A DNA stretch of 63,879 nt, filler included. It is 18 parts of 18 records of this genome, joined end to end, with 100 filler letters (N's around TTAATTAATTAA, not from the genome) between each part and the next. Parts side by side here need not be neighbours in the genome. Positions count along the whole stretch, not along the records: positions 44,867 to 49,483 come from SRR11831580_870; positions 49,584 to 52,593 come from SRR11831580_901; positions 52,694 to 57,747 come from SRR11831580_935; positions 57,848 to 60,215 come from SRR11831580_936; 14 more parts are not named here. One strand, written 5' to 3'. Position 1 is the first letter of the stretch. Each line of letters starts with the position of its first letter. The translations under genes and the position numbers were made by a program. This document shows, piece after piece, positions 45,623 to 60,315 of the stretch. Below the pieces are notes generated by a model. That model worked only from the letters and a program-made list of their open reading frames with translations. It searched no databases and was not told where the DNA came from.

Positions 45623-46525
45623 ATGGATGCACCGAGTACCACACCGCATGACGCGGTATTTAAACAATTTTTAATGCATGCGGAGACGGCTCGCGACTTT
45701 CTGGAGATACATTTGCCAGTGGAATTACGCGAACTTTGTGACCTCAACACGCTTCATTTAGAGTCGGGGAGTTTCATTGAAGAGAGCCTGAAAGGACACA
45801 GCACGGACGTGCTCTATTCCGTGCAAATGCAGGGCAATCCCGGTTATCTGCATGTTGTGATTGAACACCAAAGCAAGCCGGATAAGAAAATGGCCTTTCG
45901 CATGATGCGTTATTCTATAGCCGCCATGCACCGGCATCTGGAGGCTGACCACGATAAGCTGCCGCTGGTGGTGCCGATACTGTTTTATCAGGGCGAGGCC
46001 ACACCTTATCCGCTATCAATGTGCTGGTTTGATATGTTTTACTCGCCGGAGCTGGCGCGACGCGTCTATAACAGTCCTTTCCCGCTGGTGGATATCACCA
46101 TCACACCGGATGACGAAATCATGCAACATCGGCGGATTGCGATTCTCGAACTACTGCAAAAACATATTCGCCAGCGCGACTTAATGTTATTGCTTGAGCA
46201 ACTGGTCACGCTGATCGACGAAGGGTACACTAGCGGAAGTCAGTTAGTTGCCATGCAAAACTATATGCTGCAACGCGGTCATACTGAACAAGCGGATTTG
46301 TTTTACGGTGTGTTGAGAGACAGGGAAACGGGAGGGGAGTCTATGATGACGCTGGCGCAGTGGTTTGAAGAGAAAGGGATTGAGAAGGGGATTCAGCAGG
46401 GAAGACAGGAAGTAAGTCAGGAATTCGCCCAGCGTCTTCTGAGTAAAGGAATGTCTCGGGAAGACGTTGCAGAGATGGCAAATTTACCTCTTGCTGAGAT
46501 TGATAAGGTAATTAACCTTATTTAA
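45623..46525 (+). CDS. rpnC: Rpn/YhgA-like PD-(D/E)xK nuclease (YadD)
   Basis: TPHDAVFK; TDVLYSV; IEHQS motifs. Confidence 0.93.
   Translation: MDAPSTTPHDAVFKQFLMHAETARDFLEIHLPVELRELCDLNTLHLESGSFIEESLKGHSTDVLYSVQMQGNPGYLHVVIEHQSKPDKKMAFRMMRYSIAAMHRHLEADHDKLPLVVPILFYQGEATPYPLSMCWFDMFYSPELARRVYNSPFPLVDITITPDDEIMQHRRIAILELLQKHIRQRDLMLLLEQLVTLIDEGYTSGSQLVAMQNYMLQRGHTEQADLFYGVLRDRETGGESMMTLAQWFEEKGIEKGIQQGRQEVSQEFAQRLLSKGMSREDVAEMANLPLAEIDKVINLI
46343..46525 (+). CDS. Nested in-frame small Rpn C-terminal protein (about 60 aa, RpnS-type)
   Basis: GGAGGGGAG RBS at 46331-46339 before in-frame ATGATG. Confidence 0.7.
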   Translation: MMTLAQWFEEKGIEKGIQQGRQEVSQEFAQRLLSKGMSREDVAEMANLPLAEIDKVINLI

Positions 46526-46564
46526 GTTACCTGTGTTATGACAGATGACGTGGGGTAAATTAAT

Positions 46565-46593
46565 AACTGGCGCCATCAGCCGTAGCGCCAGTT
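46565..46593. terminator. Hairpin between convergent rpnC and panC
   Basis: AACTGGCGC...GCGCCAGTT. Confidence 0.65.
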
Positions 46594-46598
46594 AAGTA

Positions 46599-47450
46599 TT
46601 ACGCCAGCTCGACCATTTTGTTGTCGATCAGGCGAGCATCGCCAAGCCAGGCGGCTACCAGAATTACTGCCCGTTTGCTGGTTTCAGAAACTTCCAGCAA
46701 TGTGTCGGCATCGCGAATCTGAATATCATCGGCGCGGAAGCCTTTTTCATTCAGTTCTTGCCCCGCAATGGTAATAATTTCATCGAGATCCCGTTCCCCA
46801 GCCTGCAATTTGTCAGCAATCGAACTTAAAACTTTGTACAGACCAGGCGCAATTTTGCGTTGTTCCGCCGTCAGATAACCGTTACGGGAACTTAGCGCCA
46901 GACCGTCTTTGGCGCGCATAATTGGCACACCGACAATCTCAATATCGAAGCCCATATCGGCAACCATTTTGCGGATCAGCGCCAGTTGCTGAAAATCTTT
47001 TTCACCGAAGCAGGCGATGTCCGGCTGGACCAGGTTGAACAGCTTGCTGACAATAGTCGAAACGCCGCGAAAATGTCCCGGACGGCTGGCACCTTCCAGC
47101 ATGGTCGAAAGGCCAGGAACGTCAACGTAAGTGTGGGTTTCAGTACCGTTCGGGTAGATCTCTTTTACCGAAGGGGCGAAAACTAAATCCACTTTACGTT
47201 TGTTTAGCTTCTCGCAGTCCTCCTGCAAGGTCCGTGGATAACGAGCCAGATCTTCCGGGCGGTCGAACTGCATCGGGTTAACGAAAATACTGACGACGAC
47301 CACATCGGCGCGGGCTTTGGCTTCGTCGACCAGCTTCATATGGCCATCGTGCAGGTTACCCATGGTAGGCACCAGCGCCACGCGCTTGCCTTCCATACGC
47401 AGGCGGCGAATTTGCTGACGCAGCAGCGGCAGGGTTTCGATAATTAACAC
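46599..47450 (-). CDS. panC: Pantothenate synthetase
   Basis: [15 protein letters not shown]. Confidence 0.97.
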   Translation of the reverse strand: MLIIETLPLLRQQIRRLRMEGKRVALVPTMGNLHDGHMKLVDEAKARADVVVVSIFVNPMQFDRPEDLARYPRTLQEDCEKLNKRKVDLVFAPSVKEIYPNGTETHTYVDVPGLSTMLEGASRPGHFRGVSTIVSKLFNLVQPDIACFGEKDFQQLALIRKMVADMGFDIEIVGVPIMRAKDGLALSSRNGYLTAEQRKIAPGLYKVLSSIADKLQAGERDLDEIITIAGQELNEKGFRADDIQIRDADTLLEVSETSKRAVILVAAWLGDARLIDNKMVELA

Positions 47451-47461
47451 AACGTGACTCC

Positions 47462-48256
47462 TTAATGGAAACTGTGTTCTTCGCCCGGATAAACGCCGGA
47501 CTCCACTTCAGCCATATACTGCCGCACAGCCGCGCGGATGTCGCCCGTTTCGGCGAGGAAATTTTTAGCGAATTTAGGAATGTGACCGCCGGTAATACCA
47601 AAGGCGTCGTGCATCACGAGGATCTGCCCGTCAGTGACGTTGCCTGCGCCAATGCCAATAACCGGGATCGCCAGTGCTTCGGTAATACGTTTTGCCAGTT
47701 CAACCGGCACGCATTCCAGCACCAGCAGCTGTGCCCCAGCAGCTTCTAAGGCTAATGCATCGCTGAGCAGTTGATCGCCCGCTTCATCGCCGCGCCCCTG
47801 AACTTTGTAGCCACCGAAAATATTCACTGACTGTGGTGTTAAACCTAAGTGACCACATACAGGAACGGCACGTTCGGTCAGCATTTGTACGGTTTCTACC
47901 AGCCACTCACCGCCTTCAATTTTGACCATGTTAGCACCGGCACGCATAACCGTTGCGGCGTTTTCGAAGGCTTGTTCCGGCGTGGCATACGCCATAAACG
48001 GCAGGTCAGCCAGCAGCAGGCAGTTTGGTGCGCCGCGACGTACGGCGGCAGTGTGGTAGGCGATATCGGCAACGGTAACTGGCAGGGTGGAGTCGTGCCC
48101 CTGAACCGTCATGCCCAGCGAATCGCCCACCAGCATGACGTTAAGCCCTTCATCAGCAAAGAGTTTGGCGAAGCTATAGTCATAAGCGGTGATGGTCGCG
48201 AAACGTTTTTTTTCCTGTTTGTACTTCTGCAGTAAGGAGATGGTGGTCGGTTTCAT
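47462..48256 (-). CDS. panB: 3-methyl-2-oxobutanoate hydroxymethyltransferase
   Basis: [16 protein letters not shown]. Confidence 0.97.
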
Positions 48257-48330
48257 AACGTATCCTGATAAATTGATGTTGTGCTGTCTGGCATTTTATC
48301 AGTCACATTGGTGGGGGCAATGATTTATCC

Positions 48331-48365
48331 GTAGCAGCACTGCCAGAAGGTGACAGTGCTGCTAC
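48331..48365. terminator. Hairpin downstream of yadC
   Basis: GTAGCAGCACTG...CAGTGCTGCTAC. Confidence 0.6.
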
Positions 48366-48369
48366 GTTA

Positions 48370-49483
48370 TCAGGGATAGGTTACCTGGAAAGTACTGGTG
48401 GCTTTAAATTCGCCGGGTTCGATAGCAATATTCCCGTCTTGCTTTAATGTTGCCTGGAAATGAAGAGGCTGTGATGTGCCGTTACCTTGATTAGGGTAAA
48501 CCCCATCGGAGGTGTCATCTTCGGTTTCATAATCTATATAAACAGAATTCGTATCATTAGGTTTTAATGTCATTAGCGGATTTTTACTGGTTGCTAAACC
48601 TTCAATGAGTACGCCAACGCCTTTGGCGGCAGTGCTTCCAGTAAGCGTATTACCAAGCAGTTGTGTGTTTTGAGTACCTACTTTTCCAGTGACGAGTTTT
48701 GTTTCAATATTACGCACACGAATACAATTCTGAAGCGAGATATCAAAGGGAACAGGTGAAGCGCCATTTTTAATTGTCCCAGAGCTATATTCTCCCATTC
48801 TAACCGTTGAACCATTGACTGATGGCCCGGTAAGTATGGAGGTAAAACATGTTGGTAAGGTTAATTTGACATTATTCAGTGTGAAATTGACATAAATGTG
48901 GTTGCTGTGATCTACAACTTTTGTACCAGGACTGTAGGCCTTAAACGAATAAAGGTAATTTGATGAACTGGATAACTGGACTTGCTGATTAAGTGTAGGA
49001 TCGAAATTAGTATCTGTATAAAATTCAACAGTTATGTTGTGTACTATACCACCAATAGCCCAAAACTTATCGTAGTCGTCTGCTTTGTTGCAACCCTTAG
49101 TTTGTAGATCGCTGTCTGTGACGGAAAAGAAAAATTCTTGGTTGGAAGGATCTCCGATATAGATTCCTGGCGATTGAATGTCAGTTATTGTATCGTATGC
49201 AGACCAGACCCTTGATATTAACATGGTGTAATACAGACCAGGAACAGATGTATTAAATAGTTTATGTCCGCCATAATCTTTACCTGAATAGACCATGGCA
49301 TTTTCAATAGTTATTGGACCAGGATTCGCTCTGCCAGATGTATTGCAGTAAAGAATACCACCACCGGTACCTGTATCCAGGTATGACCAGTACATTTTTA
49401 CCCCAGTCGGGCCGAGCTGCGTGGGTTTATAAAAAACCAAGTTGCTTGCTGTTGATGTGTAATTAAAGGTCATCTGTGCGGCA
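48370..49483 (-). CDS. yadC: Fimbrial tip adhesin, 5'-truncated
   Basis: Pilin C-terminus [16 protein letters not shown]-rich; upstream of panB. Confidence 0.9.
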
Positions 49484-49585
49484 NNNNNNNNNNNNNNNNN
49501 NNNNNNNNNNNNNNNNNNNNNNNNNNNTTAATTAATTAANNNNNNNNNNNNNNNNNNNNNNNNNNNNNNNNNNNNNNNNNNNNGG

Positions 49586-52439
<2,854 letters not shown>

Positions 52440-52563
52440 GTGTGTGACTGCCGCGGGCCTTCATTATTCCATGGTCCTTGTTCGGCGCACGAGGATGCTG
52501 TTTCTCCCTACAGGCTTGTGGTCACATCGCATGCAGTGGAGTCTTTTACTGTGTGTTCACTAA

Positions 52564-52593
52564 TGTGTGTGCGTGTGCGTGTGCGTGTGTGTG
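52564..52593. repeat. (TG)n/(GTGCGT)n microsatellite at contig end
   Basis: Read directly from the sequence; intronic. Confidence 0.9.
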
Positions 52594-52693
52594 NNNNNNN
52601 NNNNNNNNNNNNNNNNNNNNNNNNNNNNNNNNNNNNNTTAATTAATTAANNNNNNNNNNNNNNNNNNNNNNNNNNNNNNNNNNNNNNNNNNNN

Positions 52694-53680
52694 AATGCTG
52701 CGTAAACGCGGCAACAGCCACAGTAGCAGCGGCGCACCGATCAACGCAGTGACCGAACCGGTGGACACTTCCATCCACACGCGAGTCAGCCAGAGGATGA
52801 TTTGATCGGAAAGCCAGAGGATCAGCGCACCAATCAACGACGCCAGCATCAGTCGTGGCAGCAGACGCCGCGCCCCCAGCATTTTTGCCAGCAGCGGCGC
52901 GAACAACCCGATAAAGCCGATAATCCCCACAGCGTTCACCAGCAGCGCACTGATGACAATCGCCAGCGACAGCGCTGCCAGACGCGCAAGCGACAAGGCC
53001 AGCCCGAGATTGCGCGCCACGCCATCATCAAGCCCCATCAGGGTTAACGGACGAAGTAGCAGCAACGTCAGCATCACACCGCCCAGCAGCTGCGGCCATA
53101 AACGCTCAACGCCGCCCCAGTCGGTTTGCGTCAGCGTTCCAGTGCTCCACAGAAACATGCTTTGCAGTTGGTCATGATGGAAGATAACCAGTAACTGATT
53201 GATTGCGCCGCAATAAAGGCTCACTACCAACCCCGCGAGAATCAGCGTTACCGGCGACAGCCGTTTCCCCCACGCGACGCCAAAGACAATTAAGCCAACA
53301 ACACAAGCCCCTGCCTGCGCAGCAAACTGGCTCGCCATCGCACCAGGGATCGCCCAGAGCGTAGTGACGGTAATCCCCAGTTGCGCGCCTGTAGCAACGC
53401 CAAGCGTCGTCGGCTCCGCCAGCGGGTTACGCAGCACTTGCTGAAACAGCACGCCCACCAGCCCCAGACCCGCGCCCACCAGCAGCGAAATCGCCAGACG
53501 CGGCAACAAGCTGTAGTGAAAAATCATCTGCTCGATGACGTCAATATCCGGCGACCAGGCAGCCTGCGCCCACTGGCTACGCGGCAGCGCCTGCGAGAAG
53601 TTCATCCAGGTGAGCGCCGTAGCGACAATCACTAACAGCGCCAGCAATAACGCCGGGAAAAGCGCAATTCGTTTACTCAC
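52694..53680 (-). CDS. fhuB: Ferrichrome ABC transporter permease, 3'-truncated
   Basis: RNPLAEPTTLGV FecCD motif. Confidence 0.96.
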
Positions 53681-54567
53681 GCTTTACCTCCGATGGCGTT
53701 ATCCAGAACGCGCACAAAGTGCATTGCCGAGAGCGTCGCACCATAAAACCAGACTGCAGGTACGCGCTGAAAGCGTCCGGCGCGGACAAACGGCATGGCC
53801 TGCCACAGCGGCGTTGCCATTAGCGCATCCATGTCTTTGCTGTTGTCGTGATCAAAACAGAGCACATCAACGTCTTTATACGCCGCCAGACGATCGATAC
53901 TGACGGCGGTACTGCCCCAGAAGTTGGTTTCCCCTTGCCAGGCATTTGGGATGCCGTACTCATCAAGAATTTCCTGGAACAAGCTGTTTGGACCGAAGAC
54001 CAGCATATGGCGCGGATCGATAAGCGTCGTCAGCAATAACGGACGCGCACCACGCTTCACAAAGCGGGGTTTCATGCTGCGGATAAAGTCTTCATATTGC
54101 GCTAAATGCGTTTCCGCTGCGCTTTGCAGGTTAAGTAAATCTGCCATTTCCGTCAGCGATTTACGCGCCATCGCCAACGGCTGTTTGCCGTCACTGAAGT
54201 TAAATCCGCGACCCGGCGCAATACGAGCCAGCATTTCTGGTGAAGGGCCATATCCTGCCGACCAGACCATAAACGATGGTTTCATTTCGGTCAGCAGTTC
54301 AAGGTTAGGTTCTGTGCGCAAACCGACGTCGATCACTGAGTCCGGCAATGGTGGTTCGCTGACCCACAGGCGATAGTTGATGGTATCCGCCACGCCGTAA
54401 GGCACGATGCCGAGCGCCAGCAGTAATTCCACCGGCAACCACTCCAGCGCCACAATACGATTGGGATCAATAGCCGCCGCGTGGGCGGTATTCATCTGCC
54501 ATAACAACGGAGAAAGCGCCATCGCCGTTAACAGTCGACGGCGCGAAATAAGAGGTAAGCCGCTCAT
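53677..54567 (-). CDS. fhuD: Ferrichrome periplasmic binding protein
   Basis: SRRRLL signal; GLRTEPNLE. Confidence 0.96.
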   Translation of the reverse strand: MSGLPLISRRRLLTAMALSPLLWQMNTAHAAAIDPNRIVALEWLPVELLLALGIVPYGVADTINYRLWVSEPPLPDSVIDVGLRTEPNLELLTEMKPSFMVWSAGYGPSPEMLARIAPGRGFNFSDGKQPLAMARKSLTEMADLLNLQSAAETHLAQYEDFIRSMKPRFVKRGARPLLLTTLIDPRHMLVFGPNSLFQEILDEYGIPNAWQGETNFWGSTAVSIDRLAAYKDVDVLCFDHDNSKDMDALMATPLWQAMPFVRAGRFQRVPAVWFYGATLSAMHFVRVLDNAIGGKA

Positions 54568-55364
54568 CAATAAACAAAACTCACAGGTGCAGCACCCGCC
54601 GGATGCGGCAAAATACCCATCGGGATGCCATAAATCATTTCGAGGGTTTCGCCGCGCATAATTTCCGCAGGCGTTCCCTGAGCAATCATTTCACCGCCGC
54701 GCAGGGCGACCAGATAATCACAGTAGCGTGCCGCCATATTGATATCGTGCAACACGGCAATGACCGTCAGGCCACGCTCCTGACTTAAACGGTGCACCAG
54801 CGACAGCACATCAACCTGGTGGGCGATATCCAGCGCCGAGGTCGGTTCGTCGAGCAACAGACAACGGCTATCCTGCGCCACCAGCATGGCGATCCACGCC
54901 CGCTGACGTTCGCCGCCAGAGAGACTATCGACCAGCCGATGCGCCAGCGGTTTTAAGCCAACCAGCGAGATAGCTTCCTCGACTTTTTCGCGATCTGCCG
55001 CCCCAAAGCGCCCCAGCGCGCCATGCCACGGGTAACGACCAATCGCCACCAGTTCACGCACGGTCATCCCTTCTGCCGGAGGAAGCTGCTGCGGCAAATA
55101 AGCCACTTTGCGGGCAAACGCTTTGCTGCTCCAGCTTTCCAGCGGTTGGGCATCAAGAAGAATCTCCCCTTCCGACGGCGGCTGATGACGGCCAAGCATT
55201 TTGAGCAGAGTGGATTTACCAGAACCGTTGTGACCAATCAGACCGGTCACTTTCCCGGCAGGAAAGGTTAACGACAGCGGATGCAAAAGCGTGCGCCCGG
55301 GCACACGAAAGGAGATATTACGCAGTGCAAAAGTGGTATCGGAATGATTCGTGTATTCCTGCAT
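54567..55364 (-). CDS. fhuC: Ferrichrome ABC transporter ATPase
   Basis: GHNGSGKS; LSGGE; LLLDEP. Confidence 0.97.
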   Translation of the reverse strand: MQEYTNHSDTTFALRNISFRVPGRTLLHPLSLTFPAGKVTGLIGHNGSGKSTLLKMLGRHQPPSEGEILLDAQPLESWSSKAFARKVAYLPQQLPPAEGMTVRELVAIGRYPWHGALGRFGAADREKVEEAISLVGLKPLAHRLVDSLSGGERQRAWIAMLVAQDSRCLLLDEPTSALDIAHQVDVLSLVHRLSQERGLTVIAVLHDINMAARYCDYLVALRGGEMIAQGTPAEIMRGETLEMIYGIPMGILPHPAGAAPVSFVY

Positions 55365-55383
55365 AACAGCCAACTTGTGAAAT

Positions 55384-55403
55384 GGGCACGGAAATCCGTG
55401 CCC
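55384..55403 (-). terminator. Intercistronic hairpin between fhuA and fhuC
   Basis: GGGCACGGA-AA-TCCGTGCCC. Confidence 0.6.
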
Positions 55404-55414
55404 CAAAAGAGAAA

Positions 55415-57658
55415 TTAGAAACGGAAGGTTGCGGTTGCAACGACCTGACGTTCTGCGCCCCAGAAGCAGCCATAAGTGTTAAAGCAGCTGGCGACGTATT
55501 CACGATCGAACAGGTTGTTAACATGCAGCGCCACGTTGGAGCCAGCCATGCCGACTCGCGCCAGATCATAACGTACTAACGCATCCACGACCGTATAACT
55601 TCCCACTTTAAAGGAGTTAGCCGGATCACCATAACTGGAGCCAGTATAACGACCACCGGTGCCCAGCGTCAGACCTGAAAGCGGACCGTCAAAGAAGGTG
55701 TAGTCAGCCCACAACGAAGCCATGTGTTTTGGCACCTGTGCAGGCGTATTGCCTTTATAGGTAGTATCGGTGGTGTATTCCGCATCGGTGTAAGTATAAG
55801 AACCGACTACGTTAACACTCGCCGACAGCGCCGCTTTCGCTTCGATTTCTACGCCACGTGCGCGGATCTCGCCACCTTCAACCGAGAAGAAGGAACCCTC
55901 AGGGTCCGCCATCAGGTTGTTGGTTTTAGTGAGATTATACACGGCACCAGTAACTACAATCGGACGATCTTCCGGTACATATTTCACGCCGACTTCATAC
56001 TGCTTACCTTTAGACGGTGCGAAAATATTACCATCCTTCCCAACTTGCGAAGAAGGTTCAAACGATTCGCTATAGCTGAAGTAAGGTGTTACACCATTAT
56101 CAAACAGGTAGTTAACACCACCACGCCAGGTAAACTGTTTGTCATCACGTTTATCGGTCGTCCCGGCAACGCGGTTAAGAGATTCTTGATCTGCCCAGTC
56201 ATAACGACCGCCTAGGGTGACCAGCACTTTATCCCACTGCGCCTGATCCTGAACATAAACGCCCGTTTGTTTCTGTTTATTCAGAATGCGGTAAGGGCCG
56301 GAGTTTGCCGGATCTTTGGCATTGAAGTCGAAATCGGTATTCACCGGATTGTACAGATTGAGCAGTGGCACAGAGTCGTCGTAACCAAACCAGGCGTTGA
56401 TGTCATTACGCATACGCATAAAGTCGACACCGGTCAGCAGGGTGTGGTCGATATCGCCAGTGGCAAACTTGCTCTGCAACTGGGTATCAACGGAGAAGTT
56501 TTGCAGCTTCTCATCATCAACGACGTATTTACGTGCCAGATAATGGCCTTTATCCGCTGGCGCTAATGCCGCACACTGTTTGCTGTAAGCATTCGCCGGA
56601 TCGGAGCAGACGCCGTAACCATAAACGCTGTTTTGCGAGGTTTTGTTTTCAGCAAAGCGCAGGTTCTGACGCACAGTAAAGGTGTCGTTAAATTCGTGAT
56701 CGAAGCTGTAGCCGACCATCTTCTCATTACGAGAATAGGTGTTGTTCTTCGCCCCTTCATTAAAGTCTGTCGGCAGACGCTTACCGTTCGGCAGCGGCTC
56801 AACGGTTCCCTCTTTCGGCAACCAGCCGTAATAACCGGTTTCCGGCTCGTTCTGGAAGTAAGAAAGGAAGGTAAAATTGGTTTTATCATCCGGACGCCAG
56901 GTGAACGCCGGTGCAATAGCATAACGCTGCTCTTCTGACCCTTTCTGCTGGGCATTGGCAGAACGCGCAAGACCGGTCAGGCGATAAGAGTAAACACCGT
57001 CATCATCCAACGAATCGCTAAAGTCAAAACCAGTCTGGAACAGGCTGTCAGTACCGGCTTTAAACTGAACTTCTTTCAGCGGTTCGGTGGTCGGACGCTT
57101 GCTGACCATATTCAACAGGCCGCCAGGACTGCTTTTACCGTAAAGCACGGAAACCGGGCCACGCATAATTTCAGCGCGTTCCAGCATATACGGGTCAATG
57201 ACCGCATCGTTATAGAAGTTGCCCTGCAACTTCAGGCCATTCAGATAGTTATTCTGGCTTTGGCCTTCTGCCGCAAAGCCGCGAATGATCAGGTGGTCAT
57301 AGGTGTTGGATGCGCCACGCGTACCAACAGAGACACCCGGCGTGTAGCTAAGCGCTTCTTTTACCGACTTCGGCTGATGCAGCGCCATCTCTTCGGCGGT
57401 CACAACAGAAATAGACTGTGGCACTTTTTGAATCGGCGTATCGGTTTTAGTGCCGGTAGCAGACTGTCGCGCCGCAATAGTTGCAGCAGGCCCCCATGCG
57501 CTTTCTTGCGGCGCAGGTGCAGCGGTAACGGTGATAGTGTCTTCTTTCGGTTCAACCGCTGCCTGTGCATAAACAGACATGCCGCTAACCGCTGTGGCTA
57601 CTACAACTGCGATTTTACGCAGTGAGTGTTTTGGCTGAGCAGTTTTGGAACGCGCCAT
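55415..57658 (-). CDS. fhuA: TonB-dependent ferrichrome / phage T1, T5, phi80 receptor, intact
   Basis: 747 aa; TonB box DTITV; C-terminal Phe. Confidence 0.98.
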   Translation of the reverse strand: MARSKTAQPKHSLRKIAVVVATAVSGMSVYAQAAVEPKEDTITVTAAPAPQESAWGPAATIAARQSATGTKTDTPIQKVPQSISVVTAEEMALHQPKSVKEALSYTPGVSVGTRGASNTYDHLIIRGFAAEGQSQNNYLNGLKLQGNFYNDAVIDPYMLERAEIMRGPVSVLYGKSSPGGLLNMVSKRPTTEPLKEVQFKAGTDSLFQTGFDFSDSLDDDGVYSYRLTGLARSANAQQKGSEEQRYAIAPAFTWRPDDKTNFTFLSYFQNEPETGYYGWLPKEGTVEPLPNGKRLPTDFNEGAKNNTYSRNEKMVGYSFDHEFNDTFTVRQNLRFAENKTSQNSVYGYGVCSDPANAYSKQCAALAPADKGHYLARKYVVDDEKLQNFSVDTQLQSKFATGDIDHTLLTGVDFMRMRNDINAWFGYDDSVPLLNLYNPVNTDFDFNAKDPANSGPYRILNKQKQTGVYVQDQAQWDKVLVTLGGRYDWADQESLNRVAGTTDKRDDKQFTWRGGVNYLFDNGVTPYFSYSESFEPSSQVGKDGNIFAPSKGKQYEVGVKYVPEDRPIVVTGAVYNLTKTNNLMADPEGSFFSVEGGEIRARGVEIEAKAALSASVNVVGSYTYTDAEYTTDTTYKGNTPAQVPKHMASLWADYTFFDGPLSGLTLGTGGRYTGSSYGDPANSFKVGSYTVVDALVRYDLARVGMAGSNVALHVNNLFDREYVASCFNTYGCFWGAERQVVATATFRF

Positions 57659-57696
57659 TGGTATATCTCTGATGTAAAGTGAATGATAACGTAAAC

Positions 57697-57715
57697 GAGA
57701 ATGATTATTATAAAG
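57697..57715. promoter_or_regulatory. Fur box upstream of fhuA
   Basis: GAGAATGATTATTATAAAG, 13/19 to GATAATGATAATCATTATC. Confidence 0.7.
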
Positions 57716-57847
57716 ATAAGATAATATTCGAAACGCTGGCGGGTTCGNNNNNNNNNNNNNNNNNNNNNNNNNNNNNNNNNNNNNNNNNNNNTTAATTAAT
57801 TAANNNNNNNNNNNNNNNNNNNNNNNNNNNNNNNNNNNNNNNNNNNN

Positions 57848-57986
57848 TGGAGAAACACTGTCGAAGATTGAATGGCTGGCGCTCGGCGTAATTGTCTTCG
57901 CGGTGGTACTGGTCACGTTGGGAAAATATCTCTTCCCGGCAAAACCCGTAGTTGCGCCAGTTATTCAGGACGCATCAAGCGAGTAA
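57848..57986 (+). CDS. yedA: DMT-family transporter, 3' end
   Basis: GETLSKIEWLALGVIVFAVVLVTL...SSE*; convergent overlap with vsr. Confidence 0.8.
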
Positions 57987-58445
57987 ATGAATCCCCTGCG
58001 TGTCGATCTGCGCGCTGGCACCTTCGCCGCAGATCCACTCTTCCAGACGCTCGGTAAGCGCTTCATCCGTCAGCTTCTCGCGCCCACGTAACGCGCACTC
58101 CCAGACAATCAATACGCGCCAGCCGAGTTCCTGCAAGCGACTGATATCGCGGCGATCGCGCTCAACATTTTTACCTATCTTCTCCAGCCAGAACTCGGTT
58201 CGAGTCGCAGGCACTTTAAACAGATAGCAGTGATGATGATGCCAGAAGCAGCCATGGGTAAATATCACGCAGCGATATTCATCAACGACAAAATCCGGAC
58301 GTCCGGGCAGACTGGCGTCCTGAACGCGAAATGCCAGGCCCTGCCCGGTTAACAGACTGGCGAGGCGCTTCTCTATCGCCGTATCACGCGTGGCAATCGC
58401 GCGCATATTTTTGCTGCGAGTGGCCTTATCGTGAACGTCGGCCAT
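57975..58445 (-). CDS. vsr: Very short patch repair endonuclease
   Basis: [17 protein letters not shown]. Confidence 0.97.
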   Translation of the reverse strand: MADVHDKATRSKNMRAIATRDTAIEKRLASLLTGQGLAFRVQDASLPGRPDFVVDEYRCVIFTHGCFWHHHHCYLFKVPATRTEFWLEKIGKNVERDRRDISRLQELGWRVLIVWECALRGREKLTDEALTERLEEWICGEGASAQIDTQGIHLLA

Positions 58446-59844
58446 GTTGTGCCTCTTGCTGACGCAACGCCACCGCCTGTTTGATTTTTGGCTCAAGCAG
58501 TTTTGCCACCGCGGCAAAGACCGGCACGACCACCGAGTTACCGAACTGGCGATAGGCCTGAGTGTCCGAAACCGGAATACGGAATTTCGCTTCTCCCGGC
58601 GCTTCAAAACCCATTAAGCGCGCGCATTCCCGAGGCGTTAACCGACGTGGACGATGTTGCTGATTCAGCGGATCGTCAAAGTCTTTCTCACCCGTGGCCA
58701 TATCCCAGCCGCGATCGATTAAAATTTCCGCGCCATCTTTGTAATAACGCGCAGACAGCGTACGCGTGACGCTTTGCGGATTGTTCGGATAAACCATTCC
58801 ATAACCGAAGCCGTTACCGCGCGCCTGATGTTTTTTCGCATATCGATAGAGGTACTTCCACAGCACCGGCGTCAGGATATATTTCGCCTCGACCATCGGG
58901 TCCAACAGCTGCGCCAGCGTCACTCGCTGCGCAGGGAAACATTCGCTGATATCACGCAGGGTAAAATCGGCTTTCAGATTCAGATCGCGACGAAAACCCA
59001 CCAGCACGATGCGTTCACGGTGCTGCGGCAGAAAATGTTTGCCGTCGATGATTTTCGGATCGTCTGGCCCATTATCTTCTGCATCAGCCACGTCATAGCC
59101 CAGTTCGTCCAGCGTCTGCATGATGATGCGGAACGTTTTACCCTGGTCGTGACTTTTCAGGTTTTTGACGTTTTCGAGCACAAACATCGCCGGACGACGC
59201 GCGTCGATAATGCGTACCACATCAAAAAACAGCGTGCCCTGGGTATCGCAGGCAAAACCGTGCGCCCGCCCGAGCGAGTTCTTTTTCGATACGCCAGCCA
59301 GCGAAAATGGCTGACAAGGGAAACCGGCCAGTAAAACATCGTGTTCAGGAATGTGTTGACGAATATGTTCCGCCGCCGCCTCATCACTCACGCCTTCTTT
59401 ATGGCTGAGGGTGATGTCGCGGATATCTTCATTAAAATGATGCGTCGCCGGATCGCAATAATGGTTGGCTTTATAAGTGCGTACCGCATGTTTGTTCCAT
59501 TCGCTGGTAAACACGCACTGTCCGCCAATCGATTCAAAACCGCGACGGATGCCGCCAATTCCGGCGAATAGATCGATAAAGCGAAACGCATAATGCGGAT
59601 GATGTGCCGGTGGTTTGGGTAATAACGTTTGCAGATGGGCGAACTCTTTCTCACTTAAACGGTGCCATGCCGAGTCATTCGCCAGCGCACGTTTTAAAAT
59701 TGCCGCGCTCCAGTGATTCTCACCTACACCATTAAGCTGCGCCACCAACGTTTTAACATCATAAATTTGCAGCAGTTTCTCCAGCATTGCCTGTGCGGCA
59801 TTCCCGGTGCTGTATGAATCGGTTACTGATATATTTTCCTGCAT
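58426..59844 (-). CDS. dcm: DNA cytosine-5 methyltransferase
   Basis: FAGIGG, GFPCQ, ENV, QFGNSV motifs. Confidence 0.98.
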   Translation of the reverse strand: MQENISVTDSYSTGNAAQAMLEKLLQIYDVKTLVAQLNGVGENHWSAAILKRALANDSAWHRLSEKEFAHLQTLLPKPPAHHPHYAFRFIDLFAGIGGIRRGFESIGGQCVFTSEWNKHAVRTYKANHYCDPATHHFNEDIRDITLSHKEGVSDEAAAEHIRQHIPEHDVLLAGFPCQPFSLAGVSKKNSLGRAHGFACDTQGTLFFDVVRIIDARRPAMFVLENVKNLKSHDQGKTFRIIMQTLDELGYDVADAEDNGPDDPKIIDGKHFLPQHRERIVLVGFRRDLNLKADFTLRDISECFPAQRVTLAQLLDPMVEAKYILTPVLWKYLYRYAKKHQARGNGFGYGMVYPNNPQSVTRTLSARYYKDGAEILIDRGWDMATGEKDFDDPLNQQHRPRRLTPRECARLMGFEAPGEAKFRIPVSDTQAYRQFGNSVVVPVFAAVAKLLEPKIKQAVALRQQEAQHGRRSR

Positions 59845-59910
59845 AGATTTCACCGGCCATCTGAGATGGCCGACAGGTTAACATAATTACAGCCATTTAG
59901 GGCCACGCGC

Positions 59911-60215
59911 TCAGCCAGCGGATGAAAACGCATCTATCACCTTGTGATCGACACCTTCATTCTCCCCGCCAGTTCGGCACTGAGCTTCGCCATAAACTCG
60001 ACTAAAAAATGCGCGTTGTGCTGCGCCAGCTGCTTGCCTCTTGCGGTTTGCATGGTTTGCGGTAGCTTCAGCAACTTAGTCTGGAAATGATCCAGCGCGT
60101 AGCGTTTATCATCAAGCGGGCGATGCTGTGCGAACGGATCTTCACCATCAAACAGCGCCACGCCCAATGCCCCTGAAACGGCAAACACGCGCGCCAGGCC
60201 AATCGCCCCCAGGGC
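59911..60215 (-). CDS. yedJ: HD-family phosphohydrolase, 3' fragment with apparent -1 frameshift in a G-run
   Basis: [12 protein letters not shown]; one extra G at 59964-59967 gives ...[19 protein letters not shown]. Confidence 0.85.
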
Positions 60216-60315
60216 NNNNNNNNNNNNNNNNNNNNNNNNNNNNNNNNNNNNNNNNNNNNTTAATTAATTAANNNNNNNNNNNNNNNNNNNNNNNNNNNNN
60301 NNNNNNNNNNNNNNN

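Noticed and set aside
57975-59844. dcm-vsr as a novel restriction-modification or defence system
   Set aside because: Standard E. coli orphan methylase and its repair endonuclease; it only argues against a dcm-deleted strain.
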